Assembly (NCBI GenBank): GCA_041567895.1
Contig: JBFGAX010000001.1
Coordinates: 1,578 to 65,577 of the forward strand
Direction: 5' to 3'
Source: Acidimicrobiia bacterium
GTDB taxonomy: Bacteria; Actinomycetota; Acidimicrobiia; Spongiisociales; SHLN01
Length of the DNA stretch: 64,000 bases
Positions 28,391 through 42,129 of the stretch are shown piece by piece; within the stretch, counting starts at the first letter, position 1; every line of letters starts with the position of its first letter. A program made the translations under genes and the position numbers. The notes beneath the pieces are model-generated. The model was given only the letters and a program-made list of their open reading frames with translations. It searched no databases and had not been told where the DNA came from.

Positions 28391-29305
28391 TCAATCAGTT
28401 GTATCGAGGGGAATCGATTCCCATGTCACGCCCCGCGCCCAGTCGGCGCCCCGCATGCGACGCTTCCCGCCCGGTTGAACTTCGAGGAGCTCGATGGTGC
28501 CATCAGATAAGCCCAGTAACGCTGCTCCCGAACTGACATCGAGCGACCCGGGCGGGACCTTCACGGGAGCCCGGGTCGCCTTCCACACCTTGATCCGGTC
28601 GCCGTCGACGTCCATCCAGGCCCCGGGACTCGGGTTGAAGGCCCGGATGTGAGACAAGGCGATCTCCCGGTCGACCCGGTGATCGATTCTGGCCTCCTGT
28701 GTCTTGAGCTTGGCCGCGATGGTCGCGTATTCGTCGACCTGATCCATGAGCTGGATCGACCCGTCCACGTAGTTCTGTAGCTGGCTGGCGAGCAAGGCCG
28801 CTCCAACGCCAGAGAGTCTGGCCGTCAGGGTTCCCGTCGTCTCCGAGCGATTGATCTCCGTGCGCCATGTGGCAAAGACGGGTCCGGTATCCAAGCCCGA
28901 ATCGAGCTGCATCAAACTCACCCCGGTGTGCTCATCACCGGCGAGGATTGCCCTGGCTACCGGAGCAGCTCCTCGCCAACGCGGGAGCAGCGAAAAGTGG
29001 AGGTTGACAAAGCCCCGGCGCGGTGCGATCAGGAGAGCATCAGGGATGATCTGCCCGTAGGCGACGACCACAGCGACATCCACCTCGAGCATGGCGTCGA
29101 TGAGCTCGCCCGGACGCCCAGGCTGCACAACCTCCATGCCCCATTGGTTCGCCGCAACCTTCACCGGTGGTGCAACCGGCTGCTTGGAACGGCCCTTGGG
29201 TCGGTCCGGTTGCGTCACCACGAGAGCAATCTCGGCAACCTCGGAAATAGCGGCCAGCGACGGTACCGCAGCCGAAGGAGTCCCGAAAAAGGCGACCCGG
29301 GTCAT
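28391..29305 (-). CDS. fmt: Methionyl-tRNA formyltransferase
   Basis: MTRVAFFGTPSAAVPSL...HFSLLPRWRGAAP (SLLP motif) with a C-terminal tRNA-binding domain. Confidence 0.9.
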   Translation of the reverse strand: MTRVAFFGTPSAAVPSLAAISEVAEIALVVTQPDRPKGRSKQPVAPPVKVAANQWGMEVVQPGRPGELIDAMLEVDVAVVVAYGQIIPDALLIAPRRGFVNLHFSLLPRWRGAAPVARAILAGDEHTGVSLMQLDSGLDTGPVFATWRTEINRSETTGTLTARLSGVGAALLASQLQNYVDGSIQLMDQVDEYATIAAKLKTQEARIDHRVDREIALSHIRAFNPSPGAWMDVDGDRIKVWKATRAPVKVPPGSLDVSSGAALLGLSDGTIELLEVQPGGKRRMRGADWARGVTWESIPLDTTD

Positions 29306-29315
29306 CGGTTCACTC

Positions 29316-29822
29316 CTACAGCTGAGCCTTGCGCCATTCGCGCATGAACTCGGTTCTCAAGTCAGGCTCGAGGCGTTTCAGTAACAGGATGCCGTTGAGA
29401 TGATCGACCTCGTGTTGCAGCATCCGTCCCATGAGCTCGTCGCCCTCCAATTCGATGGCTTGACCATCAATGTCGAAGCCGGCCACGTGAGCGTACTCGG
29501 GACGACGTATAGGCCAGAAATGACCCGGAACCGATAGGCAACCCTCGTCGAACTCATGGGTTCCACTCGTTTCGACGATGTCCGGGTTGATGATCGCGCC
29601 GGGTCCCTCTCCAATGTCGTATACGAACACTCGCTTCGAGATACCGATCTGGGGAGCGGCCAATCCCACTCCCGGAGCGTCATACATGGTTTCAAGCATG
29701 TCCTCGACGAGATGTTCGAGATGAGCGTCAAATTCCGTGACAGGCTGAGCCGTCTGTCGAAGGACGGGGTCGCCGAAGGTCCTGATGGGATATATCGCCA
29801 TGGCCGGGTGAGGATAGGTCAC
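29316..29822 (-). CDS. def: Peptide deformylase
   Basis: GVGLAAPQIG, EGCLSVPG and HEVDHLNG motifs. Confidence 0.9.
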   Translation of the reverse strand: MTYPHPAMAIYPIRTFGDPVLRQTAQPVTEFDAHLEHLVEDMLETMYDAPGVGLAAPQIGISKRVFVYDIGEGPGAIINPDIVETSGTHEFDEGCLSVPGHFWPIRRPEYAHVAGFDIDGQAIELEGDELMGRMLQHEVDHLNGILLLKRLEPDLRTEFMREWRKAQL

Positions 29823-31627
29823 AGGTCACGCGGATCTGCATCGACGCGAACCGTGATTCCCCTCTGTCGCCAGGTATGTATCACGTCTCGCAAACCAATT
29901 CGAAAAGCACGCAAATCACGCCCCTGCGCCAGCCAGCGGTATCCGTGGCCGGCCGGCGCCGGTCCGAACAGGTCCACGTCGCGCTGATCAGCGAGCTCAG
30001 GAAGCTCATCGGTGGGCTCCGACGTCTCAACGACAAGCACCTCCCCTGCCGGCGGCAACATCAAGCGAGCGCGTTCGGAGAGTTGTTCCATCATGAACTC
30101 CGAGGCATCCCCCCGTCGCAGGGCGACGATCACCGGATCAAGCGGGTGGCTGGTCTGCACGATCAGCCGGTTTCCTCTCCCCCGTTCGACGAGTCTCGCC
30201 ACCCGAACCATTATTTGGAGGGACCGCTCGCGAGCCCGGTAATGCGGAGCCGCGATCAACCCGTCTGCGTCAACAATCAGTGCCACATCGACACCGTTGG
30301 CCTCAGCGAGATCCGCTTCGCTTCCAACGAAAACCCGGTTCTCTGCACCGGACTCTGAGAGGTCGATATCCAATACTCGGCCAACGTGTTCGGCTATTCG
30401 GTCGACTCCGGCACCAAGCGGCTCGAATCTGGCACCGTGGCAGGCTGCACACACGCCTGACTCTTGGCCGCATCGCTCACACGCCGTCCCCCTGCCTAGT
30501 CGTGCCTCACAGGCTGAACACGTGCGGACGGTGCGACACTGCACGCATCGGAATGCCGGCGCATACCCCCTTCTATGAGCGAATACGAACACCCTCTTTC
30601 CGTTTTCGTAGGCATGTTTGAGCGCCCGGGTACCGGACGGACTGAGGAGCCGGCCTTCGGGTGGTTCCGCAGAACGATCAACCACCTCAACGAGCGGCCA
30701 GAGCCTCGTTGACGTGATCACGACTCCCACCCCTGCGTTCAGCAGGTCCGTTGAGGCCGTGGGGCCCAGGAATGCCAGCGCAAATTTCTCTACCGTCGCA
30801 CGTTTCCGCAATACCTCGCGCACGTGCATGGTTGGAGTCTGCGGCTCCTTCATGGCGGGACGTTCCTCCTCGACCGCAATCGAGATACCGAGATCAGCGA
30901 CCGGCCAAAGCACCCCCTCCCGGGTCCCGACGAGCACATTCCCCACCTGTGCAGCCATCCTCACCCACGCGCGCGTTCGAATTCTCGATTCGAGTCTGCT
31001 GTGGGTGACCACAATCCGGTTCCCGAACCATGCTTCGAGGGCCTGAGCCAGCCGATCGGTTTCGACCACGGTGGGCGCTATCACCATTGCTGATCGGCCA
31101 GACCCCACCACGGGTCCCAGCAAACCGGCAATAACGGCGGGCAATTCGTCACGCACGAGTATTGCCGTAGCCGGCGTCCGCTTGCGATTGGCGGCGGCCG
31201 ACGTGAACGACGGATGAACCGATGCTGGCGTTCGGGCCGGATCGTCAAGCGCGGGCAACCGGATTCTCTTTGGAAGATTCGGAGGCGTGGTTTTGGCAAG
31301 CACCACCGACATCGGAGCAACGTAGTGGGTTGCGATCCAGCGCAGCACCTCAACCCCCGAGGCCGAGAATGCCGGATAGTCGCTCGATACTGCAGCTATC
31401 GGCTTCAATCCCGTTGTCTCTCCGCGACGAAGGGAAATCACATACCCACGCTTCCTCCGGTTACCCACAGGAATCCTGACGACCGAGCCGACCGAGACGT
31501 CGAGTCCGGCAGGCACCGAATAGCTGAAGCCGTCATCGACAGCGAATGTGGGAATCGCTGGAACCACCTGTGCTATCAGCTGTTCGTCAGCGTCGCTCAA
31601 GCACCGTATCCCATAGCCGGTGAGCAA
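29819..31627 (-). CDS. priA: Primosomal protein N' (PriA) homologue with degenerate helicase motifs
   Basis: N-terminal 3'-DNA-binding domain and a Cys-rich zinc-binding insert (CVQCRTVRTCSACEARLGRGTACERCGQESGVCAACHG). The Walker A-equivalent reads GSGRS and the DExH position reads EEER. Confidence 0.75.
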   Translation of the reverse strand: MLTGYGIRCLSDADEQLIAQVVPAIPTFAVDDGFSYSVPAGLDVSVGSVVRIPVGNRRKRGYVISLRRGETTGLKPIAAVSSDYPAFSASGVEVLRWIATHYVAPMSVVLAKTTPPNLPKRIRLPALDDPARTPASVHPSFTSAAANRKRTPATAILVRDELPAVIAGLLGPVVGSGRSAMVIAPTVVETDRLAQALEAWFGNRIVVTHSRLESRIRTRAWVRMAAQVGNVLVGTREGVLWPVADLGISIAVEEERPAMKEPQTPTMHVREVLRKRATVEKFALAFLGPTASTDLLNAGVGVVITSTRLWPLVEVVDRSAEPPEGRLLSPSGTRALKHAYENGKRVFVFAHRRGYAPAFRCVQCRTVRTCSACEARLGRGTACERCGQESGVCAACHGARFEPLGAGVDRIAEHVGRVLDIDLSESGAENRVFVGSEADLAEANGVDVALIVDADGLIAAPHYRARERSLQIMVRVARLVERGRGNRLIVQTSHPLDPVIVALRRGDASEFMMEQLSERARLMLPPAGEVLVVETSEPTDELPELADQRDVDLFGPAPAGHGYRWLAQGRDLRAFRIGLRDVIHTWRQRGITVRVDADPRDL

Positions 31628-32762
31628 CTTCGGCCTTGGTGAGGGTCGGCCAGACGTCCTGTTGCCCGTCCGGCGTCACGAGCATGACCTGATTGGTATC
31701 TGTCCCGAACCCTGAGTCGGGTCGGGACACGTCGTTGGCTACGAGGAGATCGACCTTTTTACGCTTGGCTTTGTCGATGGCTCGATCGAGCGAACCCACT
31801 TCCGCCGCGAACCCGACGAGGTACGTCTCGGGCGATCGTTCTGCCACCCCGGCGAGCACGTCTGGAGTCGGTTCCATCGCCAGCGTGGGTGGCCCCGATG
31901 AACGGTCCATCTTCGCCTCTGATTTCTTGCCGGGCCTGAAGTCGGCGACTGCCGCGGCCATGACGGCCACGTCAAGACCCTCGAGCGAAGCCCACGTGGC
32001 CTCGGCCATCTCCTCGGCGGATTCGACCGTGATAACAGATATGTTCTCGTGGACAGGAGCACTCACCGAGGTGATCAGCCACACGCGAGCTCCTCTTCTC
32101 GCCGCGTCGAGAGCAATGGCGTTGCCCATCTTTCCGCTTGAACGGTTGCCGATGTAGCGAACAGGATCTATCGGCTCCCGCGTGCCACCGGCCGTCACCA
32201 GAACGGTCAAGCCATCCATGTCCCCCGGTCCCAGAATTCGAATGACCTCAGAAAGAATCTCGTCGGGTTCGACCATCCTCCCGTGGCCGTGGTCGCCGCT
32301 GGTCAACGCTCCTTCATCCGGGCCAACGAGATGAACGCCATCGGCAAGAAGTTGGGCAGTATTTCGACGCGTTGCAGGTTGCTCCCACATCTCGGTATGC
32401 ATAGCAGGGGCGAACAGGCGGGGAGCTTTCGAAGCAAGCAACGTTGCCGACAGCAGATCGTTCCCCCCGCCAATCGCGGCTCTCGCCAGAAAGTTGGCCG
32501 TTGCCGGCGCAACCACGATGATTTCTGCCCAACGGGCTAGATCGGTGTGAGGGCTCGGCGTCAGCCCGTCGAACAGGTTGGTATGCACGGGACGCCCGGC
32601 GATCGCGGCCAGAGTTTGCTGGCCGACAAACTGCTGAGCCGCATCCGTGAGAATGACTTCGAGTTCGGCACCGGCCTCTATGAATCTCCTGGCGAGATAT
32701 GCGGCTTTATAGGCGGCAACGCCTCCACTGATACCCAGAAGAACTCGCCGACCGGCGAGCAC
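31587..32762 (-). CDS. coaBC: Bifunctional phosphopantothenoylcysteine decarboxylase / phosphopantothenate-cysteine ligase
   Basis: Flavoprotein N-domain (VLLGISGGVAAYKA) plus DFP C-domain. Confidence 0.9.
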   Translation of the reverse strand: MLAGRRVLLGISGGVAAYKAAYLARRFIEAGAELEVILTDAAQQFVGQQTLAAIAGRPVHTNLFDGLTPSPHTDLARWAEIIVVAPATANFLARAAIGGGNDLLSATLLASKAPRLFAPAMHTEMWEQPATRRNTAQLLADGVHLVGPDEGALTSGDHGHGRMVEPDEILSEVIRILGPGDMDGLTVLVTAGGTREPIDPVRYIGNRSSGKMGNAIALDAARRGARVWLITSVSAPVHENISVITVESAEEMAEATWASLEGLDVAVMAAAVADFRPGKKSEAKMDRSSGPPTLAMEPTPDVLAGVAERSPETYLVGFAAEVGSLDRAIDKAKRKKVDLLVANDVSRPDSGFGTDTNQVMLVTPDGQQDVWPTLTKAEVAHRLWDTVLERR

Positions 32763-32763
32763 G

Positions 32764-32997
32764 TTACTCCGGCTCGACGATGTCTACCGCAACCTTGCCT
32801 GCCGCGATTTCCTCGAGTGCAATAGACAGCGGCTTGCGGGACAGCGTCTGCACCTGAGGCGGTGCGTACGTCCCGATACCTTCGCCGAGCTGGTTGTAGT
32901 AGGCATTGATCTGGCGTGCTCTCCTGCTCGACAGGACAACGAGCGTGAAGCGAGACTTCGTCTCCTTGAGGACGTCTTCGATTGGCGGGTTGATCAT
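32764..32997 (-). CDS. rpoZ: DNA-directed RNA polymerase subunit omega
   Basis: 77 aa; SRFTLVVLSSRRARQINAYY is the canonical omega. Confidence 0.9.
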   Translation of the reverse strand: MINPPIEDVLKETKSRFTLVVLSSRRARQINAYYNQLGEGIGTYAPPQVQTLSRKPLSIALEEIAAGKVAVDIVEPE

Positions 32998-33840
32998 TTA
33001 TTGCATCCGAAACTTGGGGAGAACCCGGAGTATAGAGCGCAGCTCCTCTGCGGCACGTTCTACGTCGTCGTTGACGACGGTGAAATCAAAAAAGGGCACC
33101 TCCTCCAGTTCCCTTCGCGCCGTGTCGAGGCGCTCGCCAACATTGGTTGTGTCACCTCGTCCTTTGAGTCGCTGTTCCAGCTCTTCGACGCTCGGGGGAA
33201 GGATGAATACGAGCACCGCCTCGGGCATCGCGGTCTTTACCTGCCGGGCTCCCTGGACTTCGATTTCGAGCACGACGTCTCGACCCGCTTGCAAGTGTTG
33301 TTCGACCGCCGCACGCGGCGTACCGTAGAGGTTGCCTGCGTACTCCGCCCACTCGAGCAGGCGATCTTCCTCGATCCATTCCTTGAATTCTTCTTCACTG
33401 AGAAAGAAGTAGTCACGGCCGTCTTTTTCGCCGGGACGCATCTGCCTCGTCGTAGCTGAGACCGAGAGGTGAAACGTCGTCAGCTCGGCGAGAGCTCGAA
33501 TCACCGTTCCCTTTCCTACTCCACTCGGCCCGGAGACCACGATCAACCGCCCGCGTGCCAACTCGAGAAGTGCCTTGCGGGCTTCAGGCCGGAGATCCGC
33601 GATTCGGACGGTCTCGTCGACCCCCAGATCCTGAAGGCAGGAAAACGTTTTGACCTTTCCCACGCCTGGTATGACCCACATGAGTGATGCCACTTTCGAT
33701 GCGCCCAGCGTCGAATCGTCTACCGCCTGGTCGAATAGTTCCTCGAGGGTCATCGATCTCGTGCGGAGAGCCTCTCGGGCGTGCCTGCGTGCGTCCCGGA
33801 AGCGTGCAGCATGGTCGAGCACGTCATCGCGATCAGCCAC
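32998..33840 (-). CDS. mihF-gmk: In-frame fusion of actinobacterial integration host factor (mIHF/sIHF family) and guanylate kinase
   Basis: Single ORF with no stop between the two parts. The N-part (ARRHAREALRTRSMTLEELFDQ...KVASLMWVIPGVGKVKTFSCLQDLGVD...RPEARKALLELA) resembles mIHF. It joins directly to the Gmk P-loop (RGRLIVVSGPSGVGKGTV) and a full guanylate kinase. The probable start is GTG at 33840, overlapping the pyrF stop by 8 nt. Confidence 0.7.
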   Translation of the reverse strand: MADRDDVLDHAARFRDARRHAREALRTRSMTLEELFDQAVDDSTLGASKVASLMWVIPGVGKVKTFSCLQDLGVDETVRIADLRPEARKALLELARGRLIVVSGPSGVGKGTVIRALAELTTFHLSVSATTRQMRPGEKDGRDYFFLSEEEFKEWIEEDRLLEWAEYAGNLYGTPRAAVEQHLQAGRDVVLEIEVQGARQVKTAMPEAVLVFILPPSVEELEQRLKGRGDTTNVGERLDTARRELEEVPFFDFTVVNDDVERAAEELRSILRVLPKFRMQ

Positions 33841-34600
33841 GCGATACTCCGGCGATCTCCTCGTTGATACGTACAGCGGCCTCGAGCGGGTCTGTGGAGG
33901 CAGTGATAGGGCGCCCGACCACCAGATAATCGGCGCCGCGTGCAACGGCTTCGGATGGTGTCGCCGAGCGGCGCTGGTCTGCAGGTTCGCTTGCAGCGGG
34001 GCGAATGCCGGGCGTCACCTTGACCAGTTCGGGAGCAACGTCAGCGACCACTCCGAGTTCCGGGACTCCGCAAACAACACCTTCGACCCCTGCCGCGGCT
34101 GCCGCGCGAGAAAGTCGTGAAACCAGCTTCCCGGGCGTTGTCCCTGGGGAGATCCTCTCTACGTCATCCGGTTCGAGGCTGGTGAGGACCGTGACCGCCA
34201 GGATTCCGACATCGCCACCGCCCGCGCCCGACCTCATACCTTCGTTGGCGGCCTCCATCATCGTCCGACCCCCGGATGCGTGGACCGTCAACCATCGTGC
34301 GCCGTAGTGACCGACCCGCCTGGCCGCCGCCTCGACCTGGGATGGAATGTCGTGAAGTTTGGCGTCGACGAATACGGGGAGGCCAAGACGCGCCAGGGCC
34401 GCAGTGGTAGCAGGTCCAGGTCCCATCAAGAGCCCCAGGCCGATCTTGAAACCGGCGACATGATCCTTGAGTCGTTGGGCGGTTGTCACGGCTTCGTCCG
34501 CGCTGGGTAGATCGAGCGCCAACAGGATGCGACTCGCTACCACGGTGTGGCAGTTCCAACCAGGTCTGCGGGCGACGACTCGTTGTTGTGTCGCAACCAA
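33833..34600 (-). CDS. pyrF: Orotidine 5'-phosphate decarboxylase
   Basis: LLALDLPSADEA and FVDAKLHDIP motifs. The track start overlaps pyrD; the true start is probably a GTG/TTG ~60 nt downstream. Confidence 0.85.
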   Translation of the reverse strand: MVATQQRVVARRPGWNCHTVVASRILLALDLPSADEAVTTAQRLKDHVAGFKIGLGLLMGPGPATTAALARLGLPVFVDAKLHDIPSQVEAAARRVGHYGARWLTVHASGGRTMMEAANEGMRSGAGGGDVGILAVTVLTSLEPDDVERISPGTTPGKLVSRLSRAAAAAGVEGVVCGVPELGVVADVAPELVKVTPGIRPAASEPADQRRSATPSEAVARGADYLVVGRPITASTDPLEAAVRINEEIAGVSRG

Positions 34601-35441
34601 CGGTTCAGTTCCTTGATGATTCGTTTACCGGCGCGTGGCTCGGCAAAATGCGTCGAGCCGATCTGAACCGCAGACGCACCTGCCATGAGGTACTCCACAA
34701 CATCCCGACCGGAACGAACACCGCCACAACCCACGATCGGAAACCCGGGCAGCGATTGATGCACTTCCCAGACACAACGCAATGCAATCGGCTTCAGACC
34801 GACTCCTGAATAGCCGCCGACACCGCCGGAAAGCAGGGGCTTTCGAGTGTCGATGTCGACCCCGAATCCCCAGGCTGTATTCGTGAGAACCACCCAGTCA
34901 GCTCCTGCGTCCTGAACGGCCGCTGCCACCCGCACGATGTCTTCGCTGTTGGGTGACAGTTTGGCGCCGATCGGTTTGCTGGTTGCGGCCCTGACCTCGG
35001 AGATGACCTTGGCCGATGCGTCAGGGCTCAGCGCGAACATTTCATGATCCAGATTTGGGCAAGCGAGGTTGACCTCAACGGCACCCACGGCGGCCACGCC
35101 ATCGATGGCAGCCGCGACCTGGGCGAACTCGGCAACTGTATGCCCGACTGCCGAGGCCCACACGTCAACGTCCAGGTCAGCAAGTGATGGGGCGAACTCT
35201 TGCAGCCAGGCTTCGACACCCGGGTTTTGGATGCCGATGCCGTTCAACATCGACGCACCCACCGGTGCCATCCGTGGCGGCGTTCTTCCGTCCCATGCCA
35301 CCGGGGAGACTGACTTTGCCACTGCTGCGCCATAAGGCCGGAGCGATGCAACTTCGGCGAATTCGACGACCGATCCGACGGTTCCCGACGCTGCTATCAG
35401 AGGGGTTCGGAGGTCCTTGTCGCCGAGTTTGACGGCCAAAT

Positions 35442-35445
<4 letters not shown>
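34537..35445 (-). CDS. pyrD: Dihydroorotate dehydrogenase (class 1, cytoplasmic type)
   Basis: 302 aa TIM-barrel with NLACPN and GGVRSGRD motifs. GTG start overlaps the carB stop (GTGA). Confidence 0.85.
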
Positions 35446-38683
<3,238 letters not shown>

Positions 38684-38684
<1 letters not shown>

Positions 38685-39835
38685 CAGCGCAGCTCCATGG
38701 CCGATACAAACTGGTCGAAGAGACCGGCCGCGTCATGTGGTCCTGGTGCGGCTTCGGGGTGGTACTGAACTCCGAATGCAGGAACATCGAGACAGGCGAA
38801 TCCTTCGATGGTTCCGTCGTTGAGATTCTGATGAGTGGACGCAACAACCCCGAACTCGGATGAGACCCGGGCAGGAACCAGATCAGGTGTCGGCACTCCG
38901 GATCTGGCCGGCGCAGAGTCGTCGGTGAGCGACCACAAATCGACGGCGAATCCGTGATTCTGAGCCGTGATTGCAACCCTCCCGGTTTCCAGGTTCCGCA
39001 CCGGATGGTTTCCGCCGTGATGTCCGAATCCAAGCTTGTACGTGCGTGCGCCCAATGCCAAACCCAGAACTTGCAAGCCGAGGCATATTCCGAAAACGGG
39101 CACCTGCCCGAGGAGACCCCGTACCGCCTCAACCGGAGCGTTCAGCGGTTCGGGGTCTCCGGGACCGTTACTGACGAATACTCCGGTTGGGTGGAGTGCG
39201 AGAATCTCGCCGGCCGTAGTAGCTGCAGGGACCACGTGGACTTCGTTTCCGCGCCGGACGAGTTGGGAGATGATGTCACGCTTGATGCCGAGGTCGATCG
39301 CAACCACCCTTCCGACAGGAGGCTCGGTAGGTGAGACCACATAGGGCTCCAGTGTGCTGACGCCTGTGGCGAGGTCGCACCCTTCCATCCGGGGGGCGTT
39401 GGCAGCAATCTCGACTAGCTCAGCCCTGTCGCAATCGACTCCAACGGCGACCGGCATGGCTCCCCGGTCACGCAGATGCCGGGTGAGACGACGGGTATCG
39501 ATACCGCCAATCCCCACAATGACGTGTCGATTGAGATAGTCGCCAAGGCCACCTTCGGCTCTCCAATTCGAGTGGAGCCGAGCCATCGATCGCATCACAA
39601 ACGCAGACGCATGAGGCGCTTCGGCCTGCTGGTCGGCATCGGTGACACCGTAGTTTCCGATGTGGGAGGCGGTCATGACGACAACCTGGCCTGCGTACGA
39701 CGGATCGCTCAGAATCTCCTGATACCCGGTCATGGATGTGTTGAACACGGCTTCGCCAGTTGCCACACCCTCGACTCCAACCGATTCGCCGACGAACTCG
39801 AGCCCGTCGGCTGTGACAAGCACCGCAGGCTTCAT
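38684..39835 (-). CDS. carA: Carbamoyl-phosphate synthase small subunit (glutamine amidotransferase)
   Basis: 383 aa with a class I GATase triad (GICLGLQ...H...E). Confidence 0.95.
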
Positions 39836-39926
39836 CGAGCCTCCCCCACCGTGATGGCACCGATGCCTGGTTGCACCCTCGCGACACGCTGAGAGGCCCG
39901 CATGGCAGTAGCAGATCGATCATGAT

Positions 39927-41213
39927 TCATAGCAGCCGGCCTTCCGAAGATGTGGTTCGACCCATCGAGACTGTGAGCATCACTTTTCCGGTGAGCGTCA
40001 ACCCGGTGTAGGGAGCGTTTGCGGATTTTGAGGCATAGTCACCCGGGGTCCATCTGGCAGTGGGGTCGAAGACGACGAGGTTTGCAAGTTCACCTTCCGT
40101 CGGACCCCGGCCTTGATTGGGCATCCGTGCGATACTCGCCGGACCTGTCGACATCCACGAGAAGAGTTGCAGAGCTTCGGGCTGTAGAACTGTATTCACC
40201 ACTGCAGCGGCTGTCTCCAAGCCGATCACACCGTTGGCAGCTTCTTCGAAAGGGACCTCTTTGTCAGCAGCAACATGCGGTGCGTGATCGGTGGCGACAA
40301 CGTCGATGACGCCCCTTCGCAGCCCTTCGATGAGCGCCTGGCGATCAGCTTCGGTGCGGAGCGGAGGATGCATCTTGAAAACCGGATCGGTACCGGCCTC
40401 GATTTCTTTTTCGGTGAACATCAGATGGTGGGGCGTAACTTCAGCCGTGACCTGGACCCCGCGCAACCGGGCGTCTGCGATCAGTTCGACAGACCTTGCT
40501 GAGGAAAGATGTTGGAAGTGAACGGGACGATCGGTCATCTCGGAAAGTGCAATATCGCGGGCGACGACAATGTCCTCGGAGGATGGAGGAATTCCTCGGA
40601 TTCCCAACAGGGATGAAACAGATCCTTCGTGCATGTGTCCGCCCCTCGACAGGCCTTTGTCTTCACAGTGTTGGGATACGACTCCGCCGAGGTCGCCGAT
40701 GTACTCGAGCGCCCGGCGCATGATGCCGCTGTCGGCGACGGGATCACCATCGTCGGTGAACAGACGGCAACCTGCTTCCCACAGGTCATCGAGGTGGCTC
40801 AGTTCATGACCCTGTCGTCCCAGTGTCACTGCTCCCGCCGGCTGGACCTCGACCAACCCGACCTCGCGTCCACGGGCCGCGACGAGCCGGGCGATGTGGC
40901 CCGAATCGATCGCAGGCATCGTGTTCGGCATCGCTACCACCGCTGTATACCCACCCCGCGCAGCGGCTTGCGAGCCGGTCTGGATGTCTTCTTTGTACTC
41001 GTGACCCGGTTCTCGAAGATGCGTGTGGATATCGACGAATCCGGGACCGATCCAACACCCTGTGACATCGATCTCGGGGTGCACGGCGTCGTTCGCGAGG
41101 TTCGCACCGACCGACACCACTCTGCCACCTTCGATCGAGATGTCGACGGTTTCCAGGCCATTTTGTGACAACACCTGGCCTCCCCGGAGCAAAAGATCAG
41201 TCATGGTCGGCAC
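39927..41213 (-). CDS. pyrC: Dihydroorotase
   Basis: 428 aa amidohydrolase with DIHTHLREPG metal-binding motif. Confidence 0.9.
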   Translation of the reverse strand: MPTMTDLLLRGGQVLSQNGLETVDISIEGGRVVSVGANLANDAVHPEIDVTGCWIGPGFVDIHTHLREPGHEYKEDIQTGSQAAARGGYTAVVAMPNTMPAIDSGHIARLVAARGREVGLVEVQPAGAVTLGRQGHELSHLDDLWEAGCRLFTDDGDPVADSGIMRRALEYIGDLGGVVSQHCEDKGLSRGGHMHEGSVSSLLGIRGIPPSSEDIVVARDIALSEMTDRPVHFQHLSSARSVELIADARLRGVQVTAEVTPHHLMFTEKEIEAGTDPVFKMHPPLRTEADRQALIEGLRRGVIDVVATDHAPHVAADKEVPFEEAANGVIGLETAAAVVNTVLQPEALQLFSWMSTGPASIARMPNQGRGPTEGELANLVVFDPTARWTPGDYASKSANAPYTGLTLTGKVMLTVSMGRTTSSEGRLL

Positions 41214-42129
41214 CGGCGAGCGTCATCATCACGGCCATCCGAACCGCTACGCCATTTCGCACCTGGCTGAGGACGAGTGATCGATCTGCCTCGGCAACAC
41301 CGTGGGCGATCTCGACTCCTCGATTCATGGGCCCGGGATGCAACACGACCGAGTCTCCAGACATGCGGGCATATCGCGCATCCGTGAGCCCAAAACGGCT
41401 CACATACTCGGGGAGCGATGGAACAACCTGATCGCCACCGCGCTCTGCCTGGATCCGCAGGAGATACAGGACATCCGTCGACTCGATGATGTCGTCGATG
41501 TGGTGCGCCACCCTGACAGGCCAATCGTCGAGGGTAGGCGGGAGCAGGGTCGGCGGTGCCACGAGTGTCACCTCGGCACCAAGAGCCGTCATTGCGAACA
41601 CGTTGGAACGCGCAACCCTGCTGTGTCTGATGTCTCCCACAATCGCAACCGCCAACCCGTCCAATTTGCCGAAACGTTTGCGCAAGGTCAAGGCATCGAG
41701 AAGCGCTTGTGTCGGATGCTGGTTGGTACCGTCTCCGGCATTGATGACCGGGACATCGACCCATTCGCTGATGCGATGCGCAGCACCAACGGCATGATGC
41801 CTGACAACCATCAGATCGGCTCCAAGAGCCTCCAGCGTGAGTGCCGTATCGCGCAAGCTCTCACCCTTGGTCATTGAGGACCCTTGCGATCCGAAGGTCA
41901 TCGTGTCCGCAGAAAGCGCCTTGGCAGCTCTTTCGAAGCTCAGTCGCGTGCGGGTGGAGTTCTCAAAGAACAACAATCCAACGGTCTTGCCACGCAGCGT
42001 CGGTACTTTCGGAATCGGCCGCTCGAGCACCTCGGCCATCTCGTCCGCCATGTTCAGGATCCACGTCAACTCGGTTGCCGTCAGATGCTCCGTCGAGAGC
42101 AAGTGCCTCATGCCAACCGCTCCAACCAC
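41197..42129 (-). CDS. pyrB: Aspartate carbamoyltransferase catalytic subunit
   Basis: STRTR and HPxQ motifs; 310 aa. Confidence 0.9.
   Translation of the reverse strand: MVGAVGMRHLLSTEHLTATELTWILNMADEMAEVLERPIPKVPTLRGKTVGLLFFENSTRTRLSFERAAKALSADTMTFGSQGSSMTKGESLRDTALTLEALGADLMVVRHHAVGAAHRISEWVDVPVINAGDGTNQHPTQALLDALTLRKRFGKLDGLAVAIVGDIRHSRVARSNVFAMTALGAEVTLVAPPTLLPPTLDDWPVRVAHHIDDIIESTDVLYLLRIQAERGGDQVVPSLPEYVSRFGLTDARYARMSGDSVVLHPGPMNRGVEIAHGVAEADRSLVLSQVRNGVAVRMAVMMTLAGADHD

Noticed and set aside
28402-28415. Perfect 14-bp palindrome GGGAATCGATTCCC
   Set aside because: It lies inside the fmt coding sequence (codons W-E-S-I-P) just before its stop. It is most likely coincidental rather than a regulatory site.
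39836-39926. Small gene expected between pyrC and carA (mycobacteria have a short membrane ORF here)
   Set aside because: The gap is only 91 nt and no ORF with a start or SD fits. I treat it as an intergenic spacer.
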